Source: an uncultured Acidobacteriota bacterium (GTDB taxonomy: Bacteria; Acidobacteriota; Thermoanaerobaculia; Multivoradales; DATKCC01). Taken from it: 64,000 nt of DNA. Below the pieces are notes generated by a model. It worked only from the letters and a program-made list of their open reading frames with translations. It did not search any database and was not told the origin of the DNA. A program made the translations under genes and the position numbers. Position 1 is the stretch's first letter; the number at the start of each line of letters is the position of its first letter. Positions 9,629 through 17,866 of the stretch are shown here, piece after piece. The stretch spans positions 4,001-68,000 of the forward strand of contig CAWJLS010000012.1 in NCBI GenBank assembly GCA_963843755.1, written 5' to 3'.

Positions 9629-9787
9629 AGCAGTTCCCTCCTACTCAAGATGAACGGGATTGCGGAATGTCGGTGCTGCGCCCCCGGGCGGCGGCGCGGA
9701 AAGCTCGGAGGTCACGTTAACACAAGGCCTGCAAGGGTCCTGCCGCCCGTGAGGGTAGGTGGCGACGAGGGTGGGAGACGAGGGGGA

Positions 9788-9812
9788 GAGGTCTGCCGGG
9801 AGCGTCCGGGAG
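9788..9812 (+). repeat. 25-bp terminal motif GAGGTCTGCCGGGAGCGTCCGGGAG (left inverted repeat)
   Basis: Exact reverse complement of 11395-11419. The core also occurs at 52923-52938 and 53183-53198. Confidence 0.85.
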
Positions 9813-9911
9813 GGCGGGTGCCTGGGGACGGCGCAAGGACTGGAGGGTTGGGGGACAAGCTCGCGCCTTCTACCCGTTTCCACGGCCACCCGTTCCGGCA
9901 TGAGAAGCTGA

Positions 9912-10616
9912 GTGCCTATGGCACGAGCTCGCCGACCCGCTGCTGAGTACATCGGGCCGACAACGCTCCGGCTCCCAGCTACACCTATCAAGCTGGTCTA
10001 CCTCGACCTCAATCACTGGATCTCCCTCGCCAAAGCCCAGGCCGGCCATCCAGATGGCGCCCAGCGCCGAGATGCCCTTGCGGCTTGCTCCAATGCGTTC
10101 AATCGTCACTCCACTGTCTTTCCGATCTCTGACACGATCTACTTCGAGACGTCGAAGATTCAGCGATATCGCCAACGTCGAGATCTGCGCGAAGTCATCG
10201 AGCAAGTCTCTCGGTTCATCGTGATCACCAGCCGCTCAGTCATCTCGACCCATGAGATTGAAAGCCTAGTGGACCATCTCGTTGGACCGAACCCGAAGCC
10301 TGTCTACACGATGAGCTACGTGGACTGGGGAGTGGCTCGCGCGTTCGGAGCGGCGGGCGGCTTTCGGGTCCAGTCGAGCGACGGAGCGGACGTCACTGGA
10401 GAGGTCCGAGAACGGCATCCGGACGGCCCCGAAGCCTTCGATCAGGCGTTGGCGGACGCAGAGCTCGAGCTCGACAGGAAGGTGCTCGAGGGGCCAACTG
10501 CCGAAGAAGAGCCTGAGCTTCGAAGCCTCGGGTGGGACCCTTTGGGGGCTTTCTCGATCATGGAGCGACGAGCCCTCGTCCCCACACTCCGACCTGGGGA
10601 CCCTCAGTCCTCGTGA
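9912..10616 (+). CDS. Hypothetical protein with a PIN-like N-terminus, probably C-terminally truncated
   Basis: 234-aa ORF with an LVYLDLNHWI motif (strand-D-x-N, as at PIN-domain N-termini). It uses visibly more A/T-ending codons than its neighbours and ends shortly after a palindrome. Confidence 0.55.
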   Translation: MPMARARRPAAEYIGPTTLRLPATPIKLVYLDLNHWISLAKAQAGHPDGAQRRDALAACSNAFNRHSTVFPISDTIYFETSKIQRYRQRRDLREVIEQVSRFIVITSRSVISTHEIESLVDHLVGPNPKPVYTMSYVDWGVARAFGAAGGFRVQSSDGADVTGEVRERHPDGPEAFDQALADAELELDRKVLEGPTAEEEPELRSLGWDPLGAFSIMERRALVPTLRPGDPQSS

Positions 10617-10657
10617 GGCGAAAACGATCCTGCTCCTCCTGCGATAGTCTCGCCCTC

Positions 10658-11047
10658 ATGGATTGGGAGCGATTGATCGTGGAGGCAGCGGCGGCGCGCG
10701 ACCGGGCGCATGCGCCGTACAGCGGATATCGGGTGGGCGCGGCGTTGCTGTTCGAGGACGGCGAGGTGGTGACGGGGTGCAACGTGGAAAACCGGTTGCC
10801 GTCCCTGGCCGTCTGCGCCGAGCGCGTCGCCTTGACGCGGGCGATCGTCGAAGGCCAGACCTGGCCGATCGCCATGGTCGTGGTGACTGAGTCTCATCCC
10901 CCGGCGGCGCCGTGCGGCCTGTGCCTGGAATCGCTGGCAGAGTTCGTCGAAGATCTCCCGATCCTGCTGGTCAACGCCGACGGTGAGCGCGAAGAGGTCC
11001 GGCTTCAGCAGCTCCTCACCCGTCGGTTCACCCTGCCGACGAACTGA
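10658..11047 (+). CDS. cdd: Cytidine deaminase (homotetrameric type)
   Basis: APYS..RVGAAL, GCNVEN, CAER and PCGLC zinc ligands. Confidence 0.9.
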   Translation: MDWERLIVEAAAARDRAHAPYSGYRVGAALLFEDGEVVTGCNVENRLPSLAVCAERVALTRAIVEGQTWPIAMVVVTESHPPAAPCGLCLESLAEFVEDLPILLVNADGEREEVRLQQLLTRRFTLPTN

Positions 11048-11242
11048 GTCGACCCCCGAACGCTCGACCCCTACCTTCTCCGCACGGGGTCAGGAAGACG
11101 CCCTCGCCCCATCAACTGGACCGCCCCCTGACTCCCTCGGCGCTCTCCGCTCTCACGGAGAACGAGGAAGGCCCCCACCCCGGCCATCTTCTCCGACCAT
11201 CTCGTGGTCCGGGGGGGGGGGGGGGACGAGCGGTTCGACCAC

Positions 11243-11419
11243 GGAGCGTCCGGGAGAGAGGGGCGTAGAGGGGCGCTGGCGGCCGCGTCCGCGACGGCCT
11301 CCGAGCAGCCGGGCCGGCCCGACGCGGACGCCAACGAGCCGCGCGTTGATCCCCCAGCCGTCCAGTTCGCGCGGCGTCCCCTCCGAGCCCCTCTCTCCCG
11401 GACGCTCCCGGCAGACCTC
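11243..11419. repeat. Structured dispersed repeat (MITE/REPIN-like or ncRNA), copy 1
   Basis: A perfect 22-bp stem (11243-11264/11387-11408) encloses two internal hairpins. The architecture and 22-nt loop are shared with 52920-53202. Confidence 0.7.
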
Positions 11420-11421
11420 CC

Positions 11422-12147
11422 CTACCCGAGCACCTCGGCCAACTCGTCCGGCTTCGCCGGCCGCAGCAGGGGCTCGAACGGCGCGAGCTCCTCCTCCGTG
11501 CCGAACCCCCAGCGGACCAGAGCCAGCGGCACGTCGGCCGCCCGGGCGGTTTCGCCGTCGACCGCGCTGTCGCCGACGAACAGGACGTGCCCGACCGGAA
11601 CCCCCAGCCGTCGGGCGATCCAGCGCAGCCCTTCCGGATCCGGTTTGCGCGTCCGCAACGTATCGCCGCCGACCACCGCCTGGAACCGCGCGCCCTGGCC
11701 CGCGAGCGCATGGAACAGCCCGGACTGCGCACCGAGGATCTTGCGCGTCGACCGCTCCGGCTTGTTGGTCAAGACCGCCATGGGGTAGCGCCCCGCCAGC
11801 GCGCCGAGCATCTCCGGCACGCCGGCGTAGGGCATCGTCGTGTCGAGGCAGCGCCGGTCGTAGAGATCGAGGAAGCGCTCGAAGGCCCGGTCCACATCGA
11901 TCGACCCTTCGGCATCGGCCGGTTCGCCCCCCGCGGCCCGGTCCCGCAGCGCCCGCTCCACCAGCACGCGCGCCCCCCACCCGACCATCGACACCACCCG
12001 CTCGAGCGACAGCGGCGCCAGCCCGAGCTCCTCGCGCAGGGCGTTGACCGCCGACGCCAGGTCCCGCCGCGAGTCGATCAGCGTTCCGTCCAGATCGAAC
12101 ACCACGGCCCGAATCTGGACGAGCCGGCTCGAGGCCGCAGAGCTCAC
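11422..12147 (-). CDS. HAD-family hydrolase, phosphoglycolate phosphatase-like
   Basis: VVFDLDGTLIDS, LTNK, KPDP, FVGDS. The GTG start overlaps the stop of the OTC gene. Confidence 0.9.
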   Translation of the reverse strand: MSSAASSRLVQIRAVVFDLDGTLIDSRRDLASAVNALREELGLAPLSLERVVSMVGWGARVLVERALRDRAAGGEPADAEGSIDVDRAFERFLDLYDRRCLDTTMPYAGVPEMLGALAGRYPMAVLTNKPERSTRKILGAQSGLFHALAGQGARFQAVVGGDTLRTRKPDPEGLRWIARRLGVPVGHVLFVGDSAVDGETARAADVPLALVRWGFGTEEELAPFEPLLRPAKPDELAEVLG

Positions 12148-13085
12148 GACAGGTCCAGCCCCCCCATCGCCCACAGCATGATCGCCTTCTGGGTGTGCAG
12201 CCGGTTCTCGGCCTCGTCGAAGATCCGGCTCTGGGGGCCGTCGGCGACCTCGGCAGAGACCTCCTCACCCCGGTGGCAGGGCAGGCAGTGGAGGAAGACG
12301 GCGTCCTCCTCCGCCTCGGCCATGACGGCGGCGTCGACCATGTAGCCGTGGAAGGCCTTCAGGCGCTCGGCCTGCTGGTCCTCCTGCCCCATGGAGGCGA
12401 AGACGTCGGTGTAGACGGCGGAGGCACCCTGGGCGGCCTCCTTGGCATCGCGCACGATCTCGATGCTGACACCGGCGGCCTGGGCGTCGGCCCGCGCCAG
12501 ATCGAGGTACTTCGGTGCGGGGTCGTAGCCGGCCGGGCAGGCGACCGCGATGTCCATGCCGACCTTGGCGGCGCCCAGCAGCAGCGAGTGGCACATGTTG
12601 TTGCCGTCGCCGACGTAGGCGATCTTGCGGCCGGCCAGGCCTTCGTAGCCGCCGAAGATCTCCGACAGGGTGAAGTAGTCGGTCAGCGCCTGGCACGGGT
12701 GGAGGTCGTCGGTCAGGCCGTTGATCACCGGCGTGGTGCCGAAACGGGCGAGGTCGACCACGTCCTGGTGGGAGAAGGTGCGCGCCATGATGCCGTCGAG
12801 GTAGCGCGACAGCACCTTGGCGGTGTCGTGGATGGTCTCGCCCCGGCCGAGCTGGATGTCGCGGCTGGAGAGGAACAGGGCGTGGCCGCCGAGCTGGACC
12901 ATGCCGGTCTCGAAGCTCACCCGGGTGCGGGTGGAGGACTTCTGGAAGATCATGCCGAGGCTCTGGCGGTGGAGCGCGGTCTCGTAGCTCGCCGGGTTCG
13001 CCTTGACGTCGGCCGCGAGCCGGAACAGGCCGCGAACCTGGTCCGCGCTCAGGTCGTGGATCGAGATCAGGTGCCGCACGCTCAT
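12144..13085 (-). CDS. arcB: Ornithine carbamoyltransferase
   Basis: FQKSSTRTRVSFE, HPCQ, YTDVFASMG, FLHCLP. ATG at 13085. Called arcB rather than argF because of the arcA/arcC context. Confidence 0.92.
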   Translation of the reverse strand: MSVRHLISIHDLSADQVRGLFRLAADVKANPASYETALHRQSLGMIFQKSSTRTRVSFETGMVQLGGHALFLSSRDIQLGRGETIHDTAKVLSRYLDGIMARTFSHQDVVDLARFGTTPVINGLTDDLHPCQALTDYFTLSEIFGGYEGLAGRKIAYVGDGNNMCHSLLLGAAKVGMDIAVACPAGYDPAPKYLDLARADAQAAGVSIEIVRDAKEAAQGASAVYTDVFASMGQEDQQAERLKAFHGYMVDAAVMAEAEEDAVFLHCLPCHRGEEVSAEVADGPQSRIFDEAENRLHTQKAIMLWAMGGLDLS

Positions 13086-13149
13086 CGGGGTGTCTCCTGT
13101 TGCGTCTGGGAGGAGGGCGCTGGCGCGCCTCCGGGTCTGGTTGATCGGT

Positions 13150-14151
13150 TCAGGCGGACGGGGTCGCGGCGGGGCGCTCGGCATCGGCCGAGATCGTGGT
13201 GCCGGCGGTGCCGTCGACCGCGTCGTGGACGTGGTCGATGTCGGTGATCACCACCCGGCGCCCGGTGGCCGCGACGAAGTCGATCGCCGCCTCCATCTTC
13301 GGCCCCATGCTACCCGCAGGGAACTGCCCCGCGGCGAGCAGGTCGCGCGCCTCCTCGATGCCCAGGCTGGAGAGCTCGGCCTCGTTCTCGGTGCCGAAGT
13401 CCCGCTTGACCCGGGCGACGTTGGTCAGGATGAGGAAGAGGTCGGCCTCGAGCTCGCGGGCCAGGAGCGAGGCGGTCCGGTCCTTGTCGATCACCGCCTC
13501 GACGCCGTGGACGGTCCCGTTGTCGCGGACCACCGGGATGCCGCCGCCACCGCCCGCGATCACCACCCGGCGCCCGCCGAGCAGGTCGCGCACGCAGGCG
13601 AGACCGAGGATCTCGAGCGGCCGCGGGCTGGAGACGACCTTGCGCCAGCCGTGCTCCTCCTCCTTGATCTGCCAGCCGTACTCCTCCTGGAACACTCGGG
13701 CGCGCTCGCGCGAGAAGAACGGCCCGACCGGCTTGGTCGGCTTCTCGAAGCCGGGGTCGTCGGCGTCGACCACCACCTGGGAGAGCAGGCAGACCGGCTC
13801 GGCGGCGAGCCCGTCGCGGGAGAAGCGGTTGCGCAAGGCCAGCTCGAGCAGGTAGCCCATGCTGCCCTGGGTCTCGGCGACCGCGACGTCCAGGGTGCCG
13901 GGCGGGACCTTGTCCACCGCGGCCTCCATCTGCATCATCGCCTGCCCCACCTGGGGGCCGTTGCCGTGGACGATCAGCAGGCGCCAGCCGCGCTCGACCA
14001 GGCCGGCCAGCCAGCCGGCCGCCGCGTCCGCCCGGCGGAGCTGCTCGGCCACCGTGCCGCGGTCTTCGGGTTGGAGCAGGGCGTTGCCGCCGAAGGCGAC
14101 GACGGCCAGCGGTCGCTTGCCGTTGGCGCTCGGGTCGTGGGGTCGGGTCAT
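13150..14151 (-). CDS. arcC: Carbamate kinase
   Basis: VAFGGNAL, HGNGPQVG, PTKPVGP, GGGGIPV, EAVIDKD, GSMGPK. Confidence 0.95.
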   Translation of the reverse strand: MTRPHDPSANGKRPLAVVAFGGNALLQPEDRGTVAEQLRRADAAAGWLAGLVERGWRLLIVHGNGPQVGQAMMQMEAAVDKVPPGTLDVAVAETQGSMGYLLELALRNRFSRDGLAAEPVCLLSQVVVDADDPGFEKPTKPVGPFFSRERARVFQEEYGWQIKEEEHGWRKVVSSPRPLEILGLACVRDLLGGRRVVIAGGGGGIPVVRDNGTVHGVEAVIDKDRTASLLARELEADLFLILTNVARVKRDFGTENEAELSSLGIEEARDLLAAGQFPAGSMGPKMEAAIDFVAATGRRVVITDIDHVHDAVDGTAGTTISADAERPAATPSA

Positions 14152-14263
14152 GATGGGGTCCTCGGTCGAAGTGGTATCCCTGGCGAAATCGAGTCGGATC
14201 GGATCGGAAGGCGCTTTGCGATCGGAGGCGATCGCAGACCGTCGGCGGCGCGGAGAGGGCCCG

Positions 14264-15568
14264 TCAGGACGGGGCGTCGCGCAGCAGCGGCGCGGTCATG
14301 CACCGCGGTCCGCCCCGCGCCCGGGAGAGCTCGTTGCCGGCCAGGGTCACGACGGTCCGGCCGTGGCCGAGAACCTCCTCCCCCTGCTCGACCACGTCGA
14401 GCTCGGAGATCACCCGCCAGCCGCGCCGGTCGAGCTCGTCCAAGGTGCGCCGGTTGCGCTGGTAGAGCAGGATCACCCCAGGGGCGATGGTGACCGCGTT
14501 GGCGCCGTCGGTCCACTGCTCGCGCTGCTGTTCGATCAGGTCGTCGCCGCCGCCGCAGGGCACCACGTCGAGCTCCAGGCCGAGGCCGGCCAGCGCCTCG
14601 AGCGGCGACGAGCGCACCGCGAAGGCGAGCTCGCGGGCGGTCAGGTCGACGTAGTAGGCGTGGGCCGCCTCCGGCGCGCCGGGCACGATGACCGGCAGGT
14701 AGGCCAGGCAGGTCGTGTGGTCGATCAGGGTGAAGACCGTGTCCAGGTGCATGCACGAGCGGCGCGCCGGCAGCTCGACCAGCACCAGGTGGCGGAACGT
14801 CGTCTCCTCCGCCCGCATGGACTCGGCCAGCGCCTCGACGCCGCGCCGGTTGGTGCGCTCGGAGACCCCGACCAGCAGGATCTCCGGGCTCGCCACCAGC
14901 ACGTCGCCGCCCTCGATGTCCGGATAGGGAAAGGCCCGCGGGCTGCCCGTCGCGTCCTTGCCGCCGTGGTGCAGGCTGTCCAGATGGAAGGTCCGGGCCG
15001 ACCGGGAGAGCTCCGGGTGGTGGTCGAACACGGTCCGGGCGATCAGCGGTTCCCGCTCCCGCGCCTCGGTGGCCATGGACGAGATCATCACCCGGTCGCC
15101 GATCACCGCCTGGGGATCGCGCTGGAAGAAGAAGTTGGGCAACGGGTCGAGGTCGAAGAAGGCCTCGGCCGGCCGCGGCGGCAGGTCGCCGCGCTCCACC
15201 GGCAGGCCGCAGATCAGGGCGGCCGCCAGAGCGCTCGCGTCGAGCTCGTCGAGCCGTTCGATCACCCGCCGCTCGACGAAGTACTCCCGCTCCAGCTCGC
15301 CGAGCAGCTCGCGCCGCGCCAGGTCCACCTCGAGCGCCTCGGTCAGCAGGTCCTGGGCCTCGAGCACCTCGACCCCGGCGCGCTCGAAGATGCCGCGGAA
15401 GAGGTCGTGCTCCTCCCGAGCCTCCTCGCCGTAGAGGATGTCGTCGAACAGCAGGCGCTCCATGAGCGACGGCACCATCCGGTCGATCTCGTCCCCGGGG
15501 CGATGAAGCATCACCCGGCGCAGGCGGCCGATCTCTGACTCGACACGGATCGCGGACATGGTCGTCAT
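14264..15568 (-). CDS. arcA: Arginine deiminase
   Basis: VESEIGRLRRVMLHRPG, LLFDDI, PLPNFFFQRD, IEGGD, MHLDT, ELSRARGGPRCMT. Confidence 0.95.
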   Translation of the reverse strand: MTTMSAIRVESEIGRLRRVMLHRPGDEIDRMVPSLMERLLFDDILYGEEAREEHDLFRGIFERAGVEVLEAQDLLTEALEVDLARRELLGELEREYFVERRVIERLDELDASALAAALICGLPVERGDLPPRPAEAFFDLDPLPNFFFQRDPQAVIGDRVMISSMATEAREREPLIARTVFDHHPELSRSARTFHLDSLHHGGKDATGSPRAFPYPDIEGGDVLVASPEILLVGVSERTNRRGVEALAESMRAEETTFRHLVLVELPARRSCMHLDTVFTLIDHTTCLAYLPVIVPGAPEAAHAYYVDLTARELAFAVRSSPLEALAGLGLELDVVPCGGGDDLIEQQREQWTDGANAVTIAPGVILLYQRNRRTLDELDRRGWRVISELDVVEQGEEVLGHGRTVVTLAGNELSRARGGPRCMTAPLLRDAPS

Positions 15569-15695
15569 GCTTGGATGGGGGGCTCGAAAAACAAACGTGC
15601 CCGAGCGTGGAGCACTCGGGCCACCGAAAGAGCAGACTCTAACACGCCGAACGGGCGTCTTCCCAGGTGTCGCGCCCTGCTAAAGTCGCCCCGTC

Positions 15696-17132
15696 ATGAG
15701 CGACCACACCCTCTCCGACGCGCCGCAGAACCCGCTCCACGAACGCTACGCGTCCCGGCGCATGGCCCACCTGTTTTCGGCCCGCCACCGGTTCGAGACC
15801 TGGCGCCGGCTGTGGATCGTCCTGGCGGAGAGCCAGGCGGAGCTCGGCCTGCCGATCACCGAAGCCCAGCTCGAGGCGCTGCGCCGCGCCGCGCCGGAGA
15901 TCGACCTCGACCGGGTGGCGGAGATCGAACAAGCCACCCGCCACGACGTGGTCGCCCACCTGCGCCACTTCGCCGAACGCGCCGGCGAGGCCGGAGGCAT
16001 CCTCCACCTCGGCGCGACCAGCGCCTTCGTCACCGACAACACCGACGCCCTGCTGACCCGCGAGGCGCTCGAGATCCTGCGCCAGCGCCTGGCGGCGACG
16101 GTCCGCGCCCTGGCCGACTTCGCCCGCCGCCACCGCGACCGCCCGGCGCTCGCCTACACCCACTTCCAGCCGGCCCAGCTCACCACCGTCGGCAAGCGGG
16201 CCTGTCTGTGGCTCCAGGACTTCCTCGAAGACCTGGCCGAGGTCGAGCTCCGGCTGGCGACCCTGCGCTGCCGCGGCGTCAAGGGGACCACCGGCACCCA
16301 GGCCAGCTACCTGACCCTGTTCGACGGCGATCACGACAAGATCGCCGCCCTCGACCGCATGGTCGCCGAGCGCCTCGGCTTCCCGGCGAGCTGGGCGGTA
16401 ACCGGCCAGACCTACCCGCGCAAGCAGGACAGCCGGGTGCTCCAGACCCTGGCGGGCATCGGCGAGAGCGCCCACAAGCTGGGCACGGACCTGCGCCTGC
16501 TCCAGGGCGTCGGCGAGCTGGCCGAGCCGTTCGACGACGCCCAGGTCGGCTCCTCGGCCATGGCCTACAAGCGCAACCCGGTGCGCGCCGAGCGCATGTG
16601 CGGCCTGTCGCGGCGGCTGATGACCGACGCCCTCAACGGCCCGCTCAACACCGCCGTCCAGTGGCTCGAGCGCAGCCTCGACGACTCGGCCAACCGGCGC
16701 CTGGTGATCCCCGACGCCCTGATGACCGCCGACGCCGTCCTGTCGCTCGCCTCCCACATCGCCGAAGGGCTCCGGGTCGACGAGGCGGCGGTGGCGACGC
16801 GGGTGGCCCGAGAGCTGCCGTTCATGGCGACCGAAACGCTGCTGATGAAGGCGGCCCTCAAGGGCGGCGACCGCCAAGAGCTCCACGAGCGCATCCGCCG
16901 CTACTCGTTCGCGGCCCGCGAGGCCATGGCGGGCGGCGCCGACAACCCGCTGCTCGCCAGGATCGCCGACGACGCGGACTTCCGCCTGACCCGGACCGAG
17001 ATCGACGACGCGGTCGACGCCCGGGCGTTCACCGGACGCTCGGCCGAGCAGGTGGACGTCTTCCTCGCCGAGCAGGTCGCGCCCGCGATCGACGGCATCG
17101 ACGACGCAGCGATCGAAGCGCCCCGCATCTGA
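15696..17132 (+). CDS. purB: Adenylosuccinate lyase
   Basis: RHDVVAH, HLGATS, YTHFQPAQLTTVGKR, GSSAMAYKRNP. Confidence 0.93.
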   Translation: MSDHTLSDAPQNPLHERYASRRMAHLFSARHRFETWRRLWIVLAESQAELGLPITEAQLEALRRAAPEIDLDRVAEIEQATRHDVVAHLRHFAERAGEAGGILHLGATSAFVTDNTDALLTREALEILRQRLAATVRALADFARRHRDRPALAYTHFQPAQLTTVGKRACLWLQDFLEDLAEVELRLATLRCRGVKGTTGTQASYLTLFDGDHDKIAALDRMVAERLGFPASWAVTGQTYPRKQDSRVLQTLAGIGESAHKLGTDLRLLQGVGELAEPFDDAQVGSSAMAYKRNPVRAERMCGLSRRLMTDALNGPLNTAVQWLERSLDDSANRRLVIPDALMTADAVLSLASHIAEGLRVDEAAVATRVARELPFMATETLLMKAALKGGDRQELHERIRRYSFAAREAMAGGADNPLLARIADDADFRLTRTEIDDAVDARAFTGRSAEQVDVFLAEQVAPAIDGIDDAAIEAPRI

Positions 17133-17270
17133 CCTCCGGCCCCGGTCGTCCGCAGGAGGTCGTCCACCGGCAGTCCTCGGGTACCCGGTGAGGGAAACCC
17201 GGGATTCTCACGTTACATCCCTTACGGGTTTGATGAAATTTCTCACAAACCTGCCCAAGGGAGCCTGGAA

Positions 17271-17708
17271 ATGCCTGAGAAACGAACCGCCAGCCGCGAC
17301 GCCGGAACCCCCAACGCCCCGTCCGCCAGCGCCGCCAAGCTGGCGCTCAGCGCCGCCGCACCCGCGGCCGCGGAGGCGGCGCTCACCTACGAGTGCTGTT
17401 GCGTGCGCCAGTACTGGGCGGTGGTGGAGCGGGATGGCAGCCTGGTGCGCGGCAACAACGTCCTGCGGTCGCAGCGCGTGGGAGTGGGGCAGTACGAGGT
17501 CGTCTTCAACGGCGACGTGAGCCACGGCGCCTACGTGGCGACGATCGGCCGCCCGGGGATCGCCACCGAGCCGGCCGGCGAGATCGGCGTGGCCCTGCGC
17601 TGCTGCCTCAACCCGCCGGAGGCGAACAAGGGAGTCTGGGTCGACACCCACAACTCCGACGGAGCCAACAGCGATCGGGCCTTCCACCTGGTCGTGCACG
17701 TCGCATAG
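17271..17708 (+). CDS. Hypothetical small beta-rich protein with CCC/CC cysteine clusters
   Basis: 145-aa ORF with an AAGGGAG RBS and host-like codon usage; WAVV..DG.LVRG...GQYEVVF pattern. Confidence 0.7.
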   Translation: MPEKRTASRDAGTPNAPSASAAKLALSAAAPAAAEAALTYECCCVRQYWAVVERDGSLVRGNNVLRSQRVGVGQYEVVFNGDVSHGAYVATIGRPGIATEPAGEIGVALRCCLNPPEANKGVWVDTHNSDGANSDRAFHLVVHVA

Positions 17709-17866
17709 TGCGCTACGGGCCGGCCCGGGGAGCCTCCACCTCGGAGCCCCCGGGCCATCGTCTCCCGTCTCCCACGCCCCGCCTGCAGTGCTCCGTCTCC
17801 AGTGCAGGGCGCCTCCGGGCCATTCGGTAGACTCGGGGCGACAACGCCGAGGAGATCCCGCAGACG

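Noticed and set aside
15696-17132. Argininosuccinate lyase (argH), suggested by adjacency to arginine genes
   Set aside because: The signature SSAMAYKRNP, RHDV.AH and HLGATS motifs fit adenylosuccinate lyase, not ArgH (SSIMPQKKNP)
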